A stretch of DNA of 62,631 nt, filler included. It is 6 parts of 6 records of this genome, joined end to end, with 100 filler letters (N's around TTAATTAATTAA, not from the genome) between each part and the next. Parts side by side here need not be neighbours in the genome. Positions count along the whole stretch, not along the records: positions 50,737 to 56,556 come from SRR22947725_2633; positions 56,657 to 62,631 come from SRR22947725_2638; 4 more parts are not named here. One strand, 5' to 3'. The notes below the pieces were generated by a model. The model was not told the origin of the DNA. It made no database searches and saw only the letters and a program-made list of their open reading frames with translations. Made by a program: the position numbers and the translations under genes. Positions 50,904-60,616 of the stretch are shown piece by piece (position 1 is the stretch's first letter; the number at the start of each line of letters is the position of its first letter).

Positions 50904-52562
50904 ATGAGCAATGGGGCACCCTTGCCATTGGTTGAGGTCGATGCAGCAGACTTTGATAGGCTAGTTTGGTTAACTCAAAGTTGGGGTGCAAAAGCTCAAA
51001 TAACTGTTGGAACACGGCACAAGGATCATGTTGTAGCAGCGATCAAGTTTTGTTCACAACCCAGTGAAAAAGTCATTTATAGACATATCGGTTGGATTAA
51101 TGACGCCGGCAAACATACCTACTTGAGTGCATCAGGCGGCATCACGGCAAATGGGCTCGACACTGAAAAAGAGACTGAACTCCAGGGCATTTTGGGAAGC
51201 TATGATCTGTCACCGCCGTCAAAGAACGGTGCACTAGATTTAACTCACAACCTAACACAATTTGAGAAACTCATAGACGGCGGGATCGGTTTGCTACTCG
51301 TGGGTGCTACCTTCCGTTCAGTACTCTCAGAGTTTGAGCCTTGCACAGTCAGTATTTTTCTCCAAGGAACGACTGGAACTTTTAAAAGTGCTATCGCTGG
51401 CTGTCTGCAAGCCCACTTTGGGAAAAAGTTCCATGGCGCGCATCTACCAGAGAACTGGAGCTCTACCGGCAACGCAATTGAGAAAAAGGCCTTTCTTGCC
51501 AAAGACAGCCTATTCACAGTGGATGACTTTGTTGCGCGTGGTACGCCATCAGAAGTTGCTAGAGCCCATCGGGATGCCGAACGAGTTCTCAGAGCGCAGG
51601 GCAATCAATCAGGGCGGGATCGATTAACATCCACAACAGACATTAGAGGCGCATATGTGCCTCGAGGCTTAATCCTAGCAACAGGAGAAGATATTCCAAA
51701 TGGCCACTCATTGCAGGCCCGGTGCGTAATCGTAAGTATCAATAAGGGTGCCACGGACACAGCAATGCTATCTGTTCTCCAAGAAGCTGCGGATTCCGGT
51801 CGACTTTCTCAGATAATGGCAGAGTTTATAATGTGGATCGCTGCAAAAGCGGATCAAGGTAAAATTAAAAAGGATGTCTCTCGGATCCATACAGAATGCA
51901 AAGAGCAGTTAACCAATAAGGGGCATACAAGGACGAAAGATAATCTTGCCACCTTTCTATCAGGCTTATGGCTTTTACTTGAGTTCGGAAGAGAACATGG
52001 CATTTTGTCAGACGAGAATATAACACACTTTAAGTCAAAGGCATTAAGTGCAGCACAAGACCTTGCCCATCTGCAAGTGAGCGTTGATCAAGACGGATCA
52101 GAGGCAGACCGGTACATTCAATTCCTAAAGTCAGCACTTACTATGGGACGTGCACATTTAGCGGATAAGGATGGCACTTACCCACATCACTCCAGTGCTT
52201 TAGGTTGGAAGATGGTTGGTTCTGGAACTTATCAGAGACTAGAGGGGCAAGGATCAAAGATCGGTTGGGTAGATGAGAACTACATTTATCTAATCCCCAA
52301 GGCTGCACTTAGCGTCATAAAGCTTCTCTCGAACAACAATGGAAATTACTTGGGCAGCACTGAGCGCGCACTCAATAAAACTCTTCGGGAAGCTAACATG
52401 CTGGCACAGTGTAGCGATGACCGGGCAACCACCAAGGTGACGGTGGAAGGCAGACGGGAAACCGTACTTTGTCTGCCGTTGAGCTTAATAATTGAAAAAG
52501 CCGAAACACTACCTCCACACGCAACAAACATCGAATTAACGGGAGATGATATCCCATTTTAG
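50904..52562 (+). CDS. DUF927/Cch-like P-loop replicative helicase of mobile elements
   Basis: Y.HIGW motif, Walker A GTTGTFKS, WSSTGNA.E, Walker B FTVDDF, R.RL, ATGED; DDIPF tail. Confidence 0.75.
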   Translation: MSNGAPLPLVEVDAADFDRLVWLTQSWGAKAQITVGTRHKDHVVAAIKFCSQPSEKVIYRHIGWINDAGKHTYLSASGGITANGLDTEKETELQGILGSYDLSPPSKNGALDLTHNLTQFEKLIDGGIGLLLVGATFRSVLSEFEPCTVSIFLQGTTGTFKSAIAGCLQAHFGKKFHGAHLPENWSSTGNAIEKKAFLAKDSLFTVDDFVARGTPSEVARAHRDAERVLRAQGNQSGRDRLTSTTDIRGAYVPRGLILATGEDIPNGHSLQARCVIVSINKGATDTAMLSVLQEAADSGRLSQIMAEFIMWIAAKADQGKIKKDVSRIHTECKEQLTNKGHTRTKDNLATFLSGLWLLLEFGREHGILSDENITHFKSKALSAAQDLAHLQVSVDQDGSEADRYIQFLKSALTMGRAHLADKDGTYPHHSSALGWKMVGSGTYQRLEGQGSKIGWVDENYIYLIPKAALSVIKLLSNNNGNYLGSTERALNKTLREANMLAQCSDDRATTKVTVEGRRETVLCLPLSLIIEKAETLPPHATNIELTGDDIPF

Positions 52563-52744
52563 TGTCCCACTGTCCCAGTAGTCCCAGTATAATGTAGGAC
52601 CCTTCAAAAATTACTTATCTATCTATCAAATTATAAAAAGGTATATAATATTATTGGGACAGTGGGACATATCAGCTTAACTGTATGATTTATAAGGGTT
52701 ATTAGGTGTCCCAGTTGCAATATCGTACTAAGACAATTGGGACA
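52563..52744. repeat. TGTCCCA/TGGGACA iteron-like array, putative replication origin
   Basis: Copies at 52563, 52571, 52581 (GTCCCA) and 52707 (+); 52655, 52663 and 52738 (inverted). TGTCCCACTGTCCCA/TGGGACAGTGGGACA is a perfect 15-bp inverted repeat around an AT-rich core. Confidence 0.8.
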
Positions 52745-52754
52745 GTTGGCCATT

Positions 52755-53120
52755 TCAATCCTTGATTTTAAACTGATCTCGCCACTTCGTATCCAAAAGT
52801 CCGCGGCTCAAGAACCAATTCTCGATTTCAGTCAATTCCGCACGCATCTGGCGTCCAACCTCTGCTCTAAGCTTCGCCGCTTCTCGTTTGGATTTTGTGA
52901 ACTTCCCGTGCGTGATTTTAGACGCGACGAGACGCGCAAGGCCCTCCTCGGTCCGTGGTCCTGTCGAGAGCCCACCATGGAGTCGACAGCGATGGTTATG
53001 GCTGTAAGCTGGGCTCTGGCACGGCGTGCCTTGACGCGTACGTGCCCCGCACCGCTGGCCAGGCCAATCAGGTCCAAAACGCCAGTTTAAACCGATCTTT
53101 ACGTTAGCTTTAGTTAGCAC
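52755..53120 (-). CDS. HGGxSTG domain protein
   Basis: RCGARTRQGTPCQSPA....RCRLHGGLSTGPRT.EG...KHG-like motif. Confidence 0.85.
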   Translation of the reverse strand: MLTKANVKIGLNWRFGPDWPGQRCGARTRQGTPCQSPAYSHNHRCRLHGGLSTGPRTEEGLARLVASKITHGKFTKSKREAAKLRAEVGRQMRAELTEIENWFLSRGLLDTKWRDQFKIKD

Positions 53121-53213
53121 TCAAAACACCCCTGTTATAGGGTTTTATGATACTACTAAATGGAGCGGATTCATAGCTTTTGCTTTGTAAGTAAAATCAA
53201 TTAAGGTGGCGAG

Positions 53214-53408
53214 ATGAAAAATAAAATTATTATCTTTCTAATATTAATACTTTCGTGGTCAACGGTTGTTTCAGCCGAGAGCTGTCCTGCAAATAGAGCA
53301 ATATATAAATCTCAAGATGGAAGTAAGACCTTTGAGACTACTCATTTTGCCATGCTCAGGTTTTTTAGTTGTAACAATTATGAAGAAAAGTATTGTCTTG
53401 GTGTATGA
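53214..53408 (+). CDS. Small secreted hypothetical protein (possibly truncated)
   Basis: AAGG SD, signal peptide MKNKIIIFLILILSWSTVVSA, three Cys. Confidence 0.5.
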   Translation: MKNKIIIFLILILSWSTVVSAESCPANRAIYKSQDGSKTFETTHFAMLRFFSCNNYEEKYCLGV

Positions 53409-53432
53409 CTGCAACAAAGAGGCAGAAAATAT

Positions 53433-54464
53433 ATGTATGAAATAGAAGAGCTAATAGATGCCATAGGCGTTCCAATCTTAGTTTTTGACCGTTCATTGAC
53501 GCTCAAATATTATAATGACGCAGCTAAAACGCTAATTCCAAACGTTAAAAAGAATTTAGCAGCAGAATCTATATTTAATGATAAGAAAATCTCATCACAA
53601 ATTCTTAGATGCTTGGATATGGGTCAAACAGAGTTTAGGCGGATACGTTATAAAATTGATAATGGAACTGAACTTGCTGTCAACATTAAGTCTCTACATG
53701 AAAATGATTCAAAAATAGCAATTGTTGCATTAAATGATCTCTCACCTTTATCAGAAGCTAAAACAATGAGAAGCGATTTTGTGGCAAATGTAAGCCATGA
53801 AATCAGGTCTCCATTAACCTCAATCAGCGGTTTCATCGAAACACTTCAAGGCCCAGCTGGCGATGATATCGATAAACGGCATAGGTTTTTAAGCGTAGTC
53901 GCAAAAGAAACTGATCGCATGAAGAATCTAGTAACAGACTTATTATCTTTGTCCTTAGTTGAAGCAAAAGAAAAAAGAGCTATAAATACGTCTGTGAACC
54001 CAGAACTTCTTATAAGAATGGCATTACAAACCACTATGCCTCTGGCAAAAGCTGTTAAAAAAAATATAAAATTAAACATTGATGCCAATCTTCCCGATAT
54101 TATTGGTAATCAGGAAAACTTGCATAGAGTTTTGATAAATTTGATTGAAAATGCCATAAACTATAGCAGTGAAGGTGAAACAATAAGAATAAATGCAACT
54201 TTGACTGAAAATGATAACGAGTTTTCTGCACCAGCCTTGAGAATTTCGATCTGTGATCGAGGTGAAGGCATTCATCAAGACGAAATATCTAGGCTTACGG
54301 AACGATTTTATAGGGTAGATAAGAGTAGATCTCGAAATATGGGGGGAACAGGATTGGGGCTCGCCATTGTTAAGCATATTCTGGTTAGGCACAAAGGCGT
54401 TCTATCAATCGACAGCGTTCTGGGTGAAGGCTCGAATTTTAATGTGTATTTACCTTTAACTTAA
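53433..54464 (+). CDS. phoR: Phosphate regulon sensor kinase (soluble, PAS-HisKA-HATPase)
   Basis: RSDFVANVSHEIRSPLT...GFIETL, RLTERFYRVDKSRSR..GGTGLGLAIVKH; directly upstream of pstS. Confidence 0.88.
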   Translation: MYEIEELIDAIGVPILVFDRSLTLKYYNDAAKTLIPNVKKNLAAESIFNDKKISSQILRCLDMGQTEFRRIRYKIDNGTELAVNIKSLHENDSKIAIVALNDLSPLSEAKTMRSDFVANVSHEIRSPLTSISGFIETLQGPAGDDIDKRHRFLSVVAKETDRMKNLVTDLLSLSLVEAKEKRAINTSVNPELLIRMALQTTMPLAKAVKKNIKLNIDANLPDIIGNQENLHRVLINLIENAINYSSEGETIRINATLTENDNEFSAPALRISICDRGEGIHQDEISRLTERFYRVDKSRSRNMGGTGLGLAIVKHILVRHKGVLSIDSVLGEGSNFNVYLPLT

Positions 54465-54500
54465 ATCTCTTTTACACAATTATTACACTTTTTTTGTCAA

Positions 54501-54528
54501 TGTCACAAAACTGTTACGTTATTGTCTT
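54501..54528 (+). promoter_or_regulatory. Pho boxes upstream of pstS
   Basis: TGTCAC-AAAAC-TGTTAC-GTTAT-TGTCTT, three half-sites at 11-bp period matching CTGTCAT-A4-CTGTCAY. Confidence 0.8.
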
Positions 54529-54601
54529 ATTAGTGAATCAATTGGGGACTAAATAAGAGCTGTTCAAACAGGATTTGAATACTTTTAAAAGGAAAATTGA
54601 C

Positions 54602-55627
54602 ATGTATCTTCGTTTACTAACAACTGCAGTAGCAATAGTAATCACAACCTGGCCAGCTCTAGCGCGTGATCAAATTAATATAGTAGGCTCATCTACAGTA
54701 TTCCCATTTTCAACAACAGTTGCTGAAAGGTTCGGCAAATCAACGGAGTTTAAAACACCTGTAGTTGAATCAACAGGTTCTGGCGGCGGAATGAAGCTTT
54801 TCTGTTCTGGCGTGGGCGAGAACACACCAGATATAACAAATGCCTCTCGTCGTATTAAGTCCTCTGAAGCAGAAAAATGCGCTGCAAATGGAGTTACCCC
54901 TATTGAAGCAAAAATTGGCTTTGATGGAATCGTATTAGCAAACTCAAGAACTTCTGGACGTATGGAGATAACCAGAAAACAAATATTCTTAGCATTAGCT
55001 AAAAATATTCCAAATGCTGGGGGGAAAATCGTTCCTAATCCCTATTCAATGTGGTCTGAAATTGATTCTTCATTACCAGCAGTAAAAATAGAAGTTTTAG
55101 GGCCACCACCAACTTCTGGAACACGCGATGCATTTTCAGAATTAGCTTTAGAAGGCGGCTGTAAAAAAATCGACTTTATTAAAGCGATGAAGAAAGTAGA
55201 TAAATCTGCTTATAAAGCCCTTTGCCATACTATTCGTGAAGATGGGGCTTATATAGAAGCAGGCGAAAATGATAATCTAATCGTTCAAAAACTCCAAGCA
55301 AATCCAGCAGCATTTGGAGTATTTGGTTTTTCATTCCTTGATCAAAATTCAGACACTATGCAAGGATCAATAGTTGGTGGCATAAAACCTGAATTTGAAG
55401 AAATCGCTAGCGGCAACTATCCGATCGCACGTTCATTATACTTTTATGTAAAAAAAGAACACATAGATCTTGTACCTGGAATAACAGAATTTATGAAAGA
55501 GTTCACCGAAGACGATACCTGGGGTGAAGATGGTTATTTAGTAGATAAAGGTCTTATACCATTGAGTGAAAATTCTCGTAAGGAATGGGCAAAAAAAATC
55601 AATGGGTTAATGCCATTAGAAATGTAA
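54602..55627 (+). CDS. pstS: Phosphate ABC transporter substrate-binding protein
   Basis: RDQI.IVGSSTVFPF, ESTGSGGG.KLFC, GPPPTSGTRD, YPIAR.L; ATG 54602 follows an AGGA SD. Confidence 0.93.
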   Translation: MYLRLLTTAVAIVITTWPALARDQINIVGSSTVFPFSTTVAERFGKSTEFKTPVVESTGSGGGMKLFCSGVGENTPDITNASRRIKSSEAEKCAANGVTPIEAKIGFDGIVLANSRTSGRMEITRKQIFLALAKNIPNAGGKIVPNPYSMWSEIDSSLPAVKIEVLGPPPTSGTRDAFSELALEGGCKKIDFIKAMKKVDKSAYKALCHTIREDGAYIEAGENDNLIVQKLQANPAAFGVFGFSFLDQNSDTMQGSIVGGIKPEFEEIASGNYPIARSLYFYVKKEHIDLVPGITEFMKEFTEDDTWGEDGYLVDKGLIPLSENSRKEWAKKINGLMPLEM

Positions 55628-55635
55628 TTTCAATT

Positions 55636-55667
55636 AAATAAGGGGTTAATAATAGCCCCTTATTTTT
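55636..55667 (+). terminator. Hairpin between pstS and pstC (partial terminator or stabiliser)
   Basis: AAATAAGGGGTTA-ATAA-TAGCCCCTTATTT-TT. Confidence 0.7.
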
Positions 55668-55686
55668 AAAAAAGAAATAAAAGTAA

Positions 55687-56556
55687 ATGTCTAATTCTAA
55701 AATTAATCTCCTAAAACCCGTCCGACCAGAATGGATAGATCGATTAATTATTGGTGGCTTGGGCATATCAGCCGGCATCGCTATTTTAATAACCATTGGT
55801 ATAGTTCTTTCCCTACTCTTTGAGACAATTAGTTTTTTTGAAAAAGTATCAATAATCGATTTTTTATTTGGACTAAATTGGTCACCACAAACTGCCATTA
55901 GATCTGATCAAATTGCGGCAGAAGGTTCATTTGGCGCAATTCCTCTCATTAATGGCACCTTATTAATCAGTGCTATTGCAATGCTTGTTGCAACACCATT
56001 GGGATTGGCTTCTGCAGTATATCTAGCTGAATATGCGTCAAAAAGAGTGCGTAACTGGATTAAACCCACTTTAGAAATATTGGCCGGAATTCCAACCGTG
56101 GTTTATGGGTTTTTTGCTGCATTAACTGTCGCTCCATTTATTAGGATGGCTGGTGGTAATTTCGGACTTGAAATCGCTTCGGAAAGTGCATTAGCCGCTG
56201 GAATAGTAATGGGAATAATGATAGTTCCACTTATATCCTCTCTTTCAGATGATGTTATAAATGCTGTGCCACAATCTCTAAGAGATGCATCCTTTGGCTT
56301 GGGGGCCACCAAATCAGAAACAATTTTGAGAATTATTATACCTGCAGCTTTACCAGGGATAGCAGGCTCACTCTTATTAGCAGCGAGCCGTGCTATAGGC
56401 GAAACTATGATCGTTGTTATGGCAGCTGGCCTGGCAGCGAACTTAACCGTGAACCCTCTAGAAGCGGTAACAACGATTACTGCTCAAATCGTTGCCCTTC
56501 TAACTGGAGATCAAGAGTTCGATAGCGCAAAAACAACCCAAATAAGATCGGGGGAA
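55687..56556 (+). CDS. pstC: Phosphate ABC transporter permease (3' truncated)
   Basis: W.PQTAIR.DQ, EILAGIPTVVYGFFA, SRAIGETMIV, GDQEFDS.KT. Confidence 0.93.
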
Positions 56557-56656
56557 NNNNNNNNNNNNNNNNNNNNNNNNNNNNNNNNNNNNNNNNNNNN
56601 TTAATTAATTAANNNNNNNNNNNNNNNNNNNNNNNNNNNNNNNNNNNNNNNNNNNN
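56557..56656. other. Artificial contig linker
   Basis: N-run + TTAATTAATTAA + N-run. Confidence 0.98.
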
Positions 56657-59039
56657 AAGCATTAACTGTGAATTTTAATTTTTCCTGTTCATTTGACAAA
56701 AAGGTTAAAGGTTTTCTAAATTCAAATTCAAATCCATATACATTAGCAGATCCTAAATTTCTTGGGGTTAATTGATTAGGTGCAGATGCAAAAAATGAAA
56801 GCTCGATAGGATCCTTAAAGTCTTTATAAAAGCTACTGAAAGCAATTATCTCTTCTTTGTCTCCAAAGATCTCGTATCTTAAATCAAAGTTATTTATGTA
56901 AGAAGGTCTTAAATCTAAATTTCCAATGAACATTCTTCCTGTTATTGCATCAAAAATCTGAGCCCTGGACGCTTCCTTAAAAGATGGCCTTGCTGTAGAA
57001 ATTGAGTATGATGTTCTAAAGTTTGTATTATCATTAACAGCGTAAATAAAATTAGCTGATGGGAATATGTCTAATTTATCTATAATTTTAGTATTGTTAA
57101 ATATTTCACTCCCACTTTGATTTTGGCCTGTATAAAATGATTGAAAGTTTTCAGCTCTTAGCCCAATGATGGATTTAAGTTTTTCAGAAATATTAAATTC
57201 ATTGGAAGCATAAACAGCTAAATTTCTTTGCTCACCCTCAAAAGAATTTGCTGGTTTAAAAGAGTCCCCAAATACCATATGTGTTCCTGACTGATTTGAG
57301 GTAGTCCACAAATTTTCTGTTAATAATAAATTATCAGCTATACCATTTTCAACATTTTGAGTTGTTGAGGTAAAGGAAAAATTATCTATCTCAAAATCAC
57401 GAGTTTTATATGTGAATGCTCCACCGAATTTTAATTTAGCAGGCTCATCAAAAAGAGTGTACTTTTTTAAAAAACTTAACTTTGAAGAAATATTAATTTC
57501 CATTAAGTCTCTCCAAATTCTTACAGGGTACCCTGATGAACTAGGCCTTATACCATAGTTTCCCTCATCTGTTCTCATAAAGGGAGTTATTTTATGATCA
57601 AGATCTTTTACTATTGAAATTGTTGGAGATATTTTCCACTCTGTTTTCCATCCATCATCTCTTGTATGAGTTCCAACTATTAATGCATTACTTACAGATC
57701 TTTGAGTATATAAAATAGCATCTTTAAATACATCTACAAAACCACTTCCACCTCCGCCTTGAGCTACTTGTTGGTAATAATATCCGGCTGTAGATTCTCC
57801 ATTTTGAATATGTAATAAAGTTAGCTTATATTTTGATCTATCCCTTTTGTAAACAACTCCTAGTAGACCATTTAATAACACATTATTGATCCCCTCGTCT
57901 CCAACACTAATTCTCTTCGCTTCTAATTCATTTACTGACGAATCATTTTCATTTTTAATTAAATTATTGTCTATTCTATCTTTAAAAAATGTAGTTGTAT
58001 TCTTGTATGACATGGACAATTGATAACCTAATCTGTTATTGCCAACTTCAAATTGATTTCCAGAGGTAAATCCAAAGCTAAAATCACTATTACTAGTTCT
58101 TCTTTGAGCTGACAACTGTGGATTAAAGGCCGATGTTAATGTTGTTAAACTAGGAGAATTGTCAAAAGTCCCTGGGATAGGCTGATATCTATTTATTGGT
58201 AAATTCCTATATCCATTATCAAACCCAAATATATCAGTTTTACTCTTTTTTGATGTTAGATAATTAGAATTATTATGCATTGTTGGGTTGTATGCATGAC
58301 CAATAGAAAATGAGTTTGTTTTTTTTGAAGGAAAATCTTTAGTAACAATATCGATGACTCCGCCTGTAAAGTCAGCAGGATACTCAGCTGAAGCAGATTT
58401 TATAACAATTATATTGTCTAATATATTGGTAGGAAAAATATCCATCTGAATTGTATTCCTATTAGGATCTAACCCAGGGATATCCATACCGTTAAGAATT
58501 GATTTTGTATATCTATCGCCTAAACCTCTAACATATACATATTTTCCCCCTTGAACTGAAACACCAGGAACAGATTTTACTGCAGATGCAATGTTACTAG
58601 CTCCCGATTTTTTAATGCTTTGACTTGAAAGACCGTCTAACATTACAGCAGATTTTTTTTGTAAATCAAGAACAGCAGACTCTGTATTTTTTCTTAATGT
58701 TGTTGTTATTACAACAGTTTCTAAAGAATTAGTGCTTAAAGTTACATCGACGTTTGTTATTTGATTGCTTTTAACAATGACATCTTCAATTTCTACAGAT
58801 TGATAACCAACATAAGAATATGTCATTGTATAAGTACCTTCATTTAATTCTATTTCGTAATTTCCATCAAAATCAGAAGAAACTCCCTGAGTAGTACCTT
58901 TAACAATAACACTGGCAAATGCCATTGGTTCATCATATTCTCCATCCATTAATGTTCCAGTTATTTTCCCAGACTGTGAATAAGATAGAAATGTTAAAAG
59001 TAGAAATGTTAAAAAAGTTAAATTAGTTTTAGTCTTCAT
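56657..59039 (-). CDS. TonB-dependent receptor (3' truncated)
   Basis: N-terminal carboxypeptidase-like domain, plug (VPGVSV....YVYVRGLGDRY), beta-barrel (ARPSFKE, GN..L.P....N.DLRYE). Confidence 0.93.
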
Positions 59040-59073
59040 TTTTTAATTTATTTATTTGCAAATATCTAATCCA

Positions 59074-59113
59074 AATGTTAATTAAATGTTTTCTAATATT
59101 AACTAATTGTTAA
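59074..59113 (-). promoter_or_regulatory. TTAACA-type direct repeats (10-11 bp period), putative OmpR/PhoB-family site
   Basis: (-) TTAACAATTAG TTAATATTAG AAAACATTTAA TTAACATT, just upstream of a GATATTTG (-7-like) element. Confidence 0.5.
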
Positions 59114-59119
59114 TTAATA

Positions 59120-59164
59120 AAAACAGCAAAACCATCATATGAAATTTCTAGGTTTTGCTGTTTT
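59120..59164 (-). terminator. Inverted repeat/terminator after the lipoprotein gene
   Basis: AAAACAGCAAAACC-N17-GGTTTTGCTGTTTT, 14-bp perfect stem. Confidence 0.75.
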
Positions 59165-59210
59165 ATTATATTGGCTAGTGGTAACCAATTATTATAGTTT
59201 GTTCAAATAA

Positions 59211-60449
59211 TTACCAGCCTAGTGCAGCAGCAGTATTTGAATAAGACCATGCAAGATTTGCTGTATTTGCTCCAACTGTATTTTCGTTAGCCGCTATTGA
59301 AGATGCTGTTGATCCAAACCCATCCACAGCTACATTTTCAGCTTTGTTATTAAAGATACTTTCTATTGTTGCTCCTTCTGGAACTACAATTTCAAATGTT
59401 CCAAAAGATAATAGTCCTGAGTTATAATTATTAGCAACACCATCATTATCAAGTTCAATATCAGAACTAGCTTTAAAATTCAAGGCATATAAATTTGTTG
59501 TATGACCCATTGCGTTAGATCTGTAATCTGCGTATTCACCATCTTCAGTCACTTGACTTCCTATGATAGTGATATTTCGTAACTCAAATTGTCCGTTCAA
59601 AGATCCTTCAGGACCATCTATTTCTAGTGCATGGTCAGAAACATCTCCTAAAACTACAACAGCATTATCTATTGTCCCCGAGTAAGCTTGATCTATGTCA
59701 AGACCATCATCTCCTTGACCCCAGACAAGTAAATTAGATGCGTTTACAGTTCCTCCAAAAAACTCAATTCCATCATCAGTATTAGCAACTACTTCAATAT
59801 TATCTATAACAGTACTATTACCAACTCCACCTAAAGTTAAACCATTAATCTCATTGTCTTCTCCTATCAAAGCTCCACCGTGTCTTATAGAAACATAAGT
59901 TATGGACCCAGAATTATCTGACGGATCATTGCCTCCGTAAAGTCCAAATGTGTCATCCGCAGGAATACCCTCAATTTGAATCTCAGAAACATCGCCTGAA
60001 AATGAAGATGGAGCATATCCTAAGACTATTAGCCCTCCCCATAAACCTCTATCGTTAATTCCTAAGTTTGTCCCAGCAGTTTGTCCTACTTCAATATTAT
60101 CACTTTCTGATGTCATAATAATTGGGCAATCAGCAGTCCCATTAGCATTTAATGTCCCTCCTCTTGCTACAACTAAAGCTGACGCCAAAGATCCAGTTCC
60201 AGCAGTACCTTTTATTATCGTGCCACATTCAATATTCAAAGTAGCTCCAGCATCCACAACAACTTTTTGATTTAATACATATATATTATCACTTGTCCAG
60301 TTGTTAACACCTGTAAGCATGCCTGTTACATTAATGTTTTCTGATACAGGATCCGGATCAACTGGTACCACAGGAGGATTGTCATCATTATCACAAGCAG
60401 TAAATGTAAATAATGAGATCATTAGTAAAGAGTAAGCTAAATTTTTCAT
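59211..60449 (-). CDS. Acidic surface lipoprotein with beta-helix-like repeats, partner of the TonB receptor
   Basis: Lipobox FTAC + DNDD; WGGLIVLG, D.SG...YVSIR.GG, NEINGLTLGGVG, DDGIEFFGG. Confidence 0.8.
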   Translation of the reverse strand: MKNLAYSLLMISLFTFTACDNDDNPPVVPVDPDPVSENINVTGMLTGVNNWTSDNIYVLNQKVVVDAGATLNIECGTIIKGTAGTGSLASALVVARGGTLNANGTADCPIIMTSESDNIEVGQTAGTNLGINDRGLWGGLIVLGYAPSSFSGDVSEIQIEGIPADDTFGLYGGNDPSDNSGSITYVSIRHGGALIGEDNEINGLTLGGVGNSTVIDNIEVVANTDDGIEFFGGTVNASNLLVWGQGDDGLDIDQAYSGTIDNAVVVLGDVSDHALEIDGPEGSLNGQFELRNITIIGSQVTEDGEYADYRSNAMGHTTNLYALNFKASSDIELDNDGVANNYNSGLLSFGTFEIVVPEGATIESIFNNKAENVAVDGFGSTASSIAANENTVGANTANLAWSYSNTAAALGW

Positions 60450-60503
60450 AGATTTTTTATATTATTAATTTTATTACAAAGAAACACCTGTGGTTCTAAT
60501 TTG

Positions 60504-60543
60504 TATTTACCAAAAGTTTAAGGAATTGTTATTTAATTGTTAA
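60504..60543 (-). promoter_or_regulatory. TTAACA-type direct repeats (11-bp period), putative OmpR/PhoB-family site
   Basis: (-) TTAACAATTAA ATAACAATTCC TTAAACTTTTG GTAAATA upstream of the lipoprotein gene. Confidence 0.55.
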
Positions 60544-60616
60544 GAGATTATTTTACTATATATTGAAGCATTATTTTTTGATTTTTAATTATATTGCTAC
60601 TGATTAATATTTTTAA

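Larger units (their letters stand above)
50829..53120. mobile_element. Replication module of an integrative element/phage satellite (probably a remnant; boundaries unknown)
   Basis: Helicase-like ORF, iteron-like repeat array and HGGxSTG gene; visibly more GC-rich than the flanking pho genes; no integrase in view. Confidence 0.65.

Noticed and set aside
52563-52744. Repeat array considered as a CRISPR array
   Set aside because: Units are only 7 bp, in both orientations and irregularly spaced; no cas genes.
53433-54464. PhoR without transmembrane segments as a truncated pseudogene
   Set aside because: Has its own SD and start and intact PAS/HisKA/HATPase domains; short soluble PhoR proteins occur in Rhodobacterales.
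56536-56556. pstC sequence diverges (TQIRSGE) just before the contig end
   Set aside because: AGATCGG resembles the start of the Illumina adapter, so this is probably a low-quality or adapter-contaminated end rather than a real fusion.
9505-56656. Recurring TTAATTAATTAA flanked by N-runs (five copies)
   Set aside because: Artificial contig linkers. Gene adjacency across them has no biological meaning, and ORF-track extensions into the X-runs are artefacts.
54465-60543. One phosphate regulon spanning pstSC and the TonB/lipoprotein pair
   Set aside because: The two parts lie on different contigs from apparently different phyla, separated by a linker.
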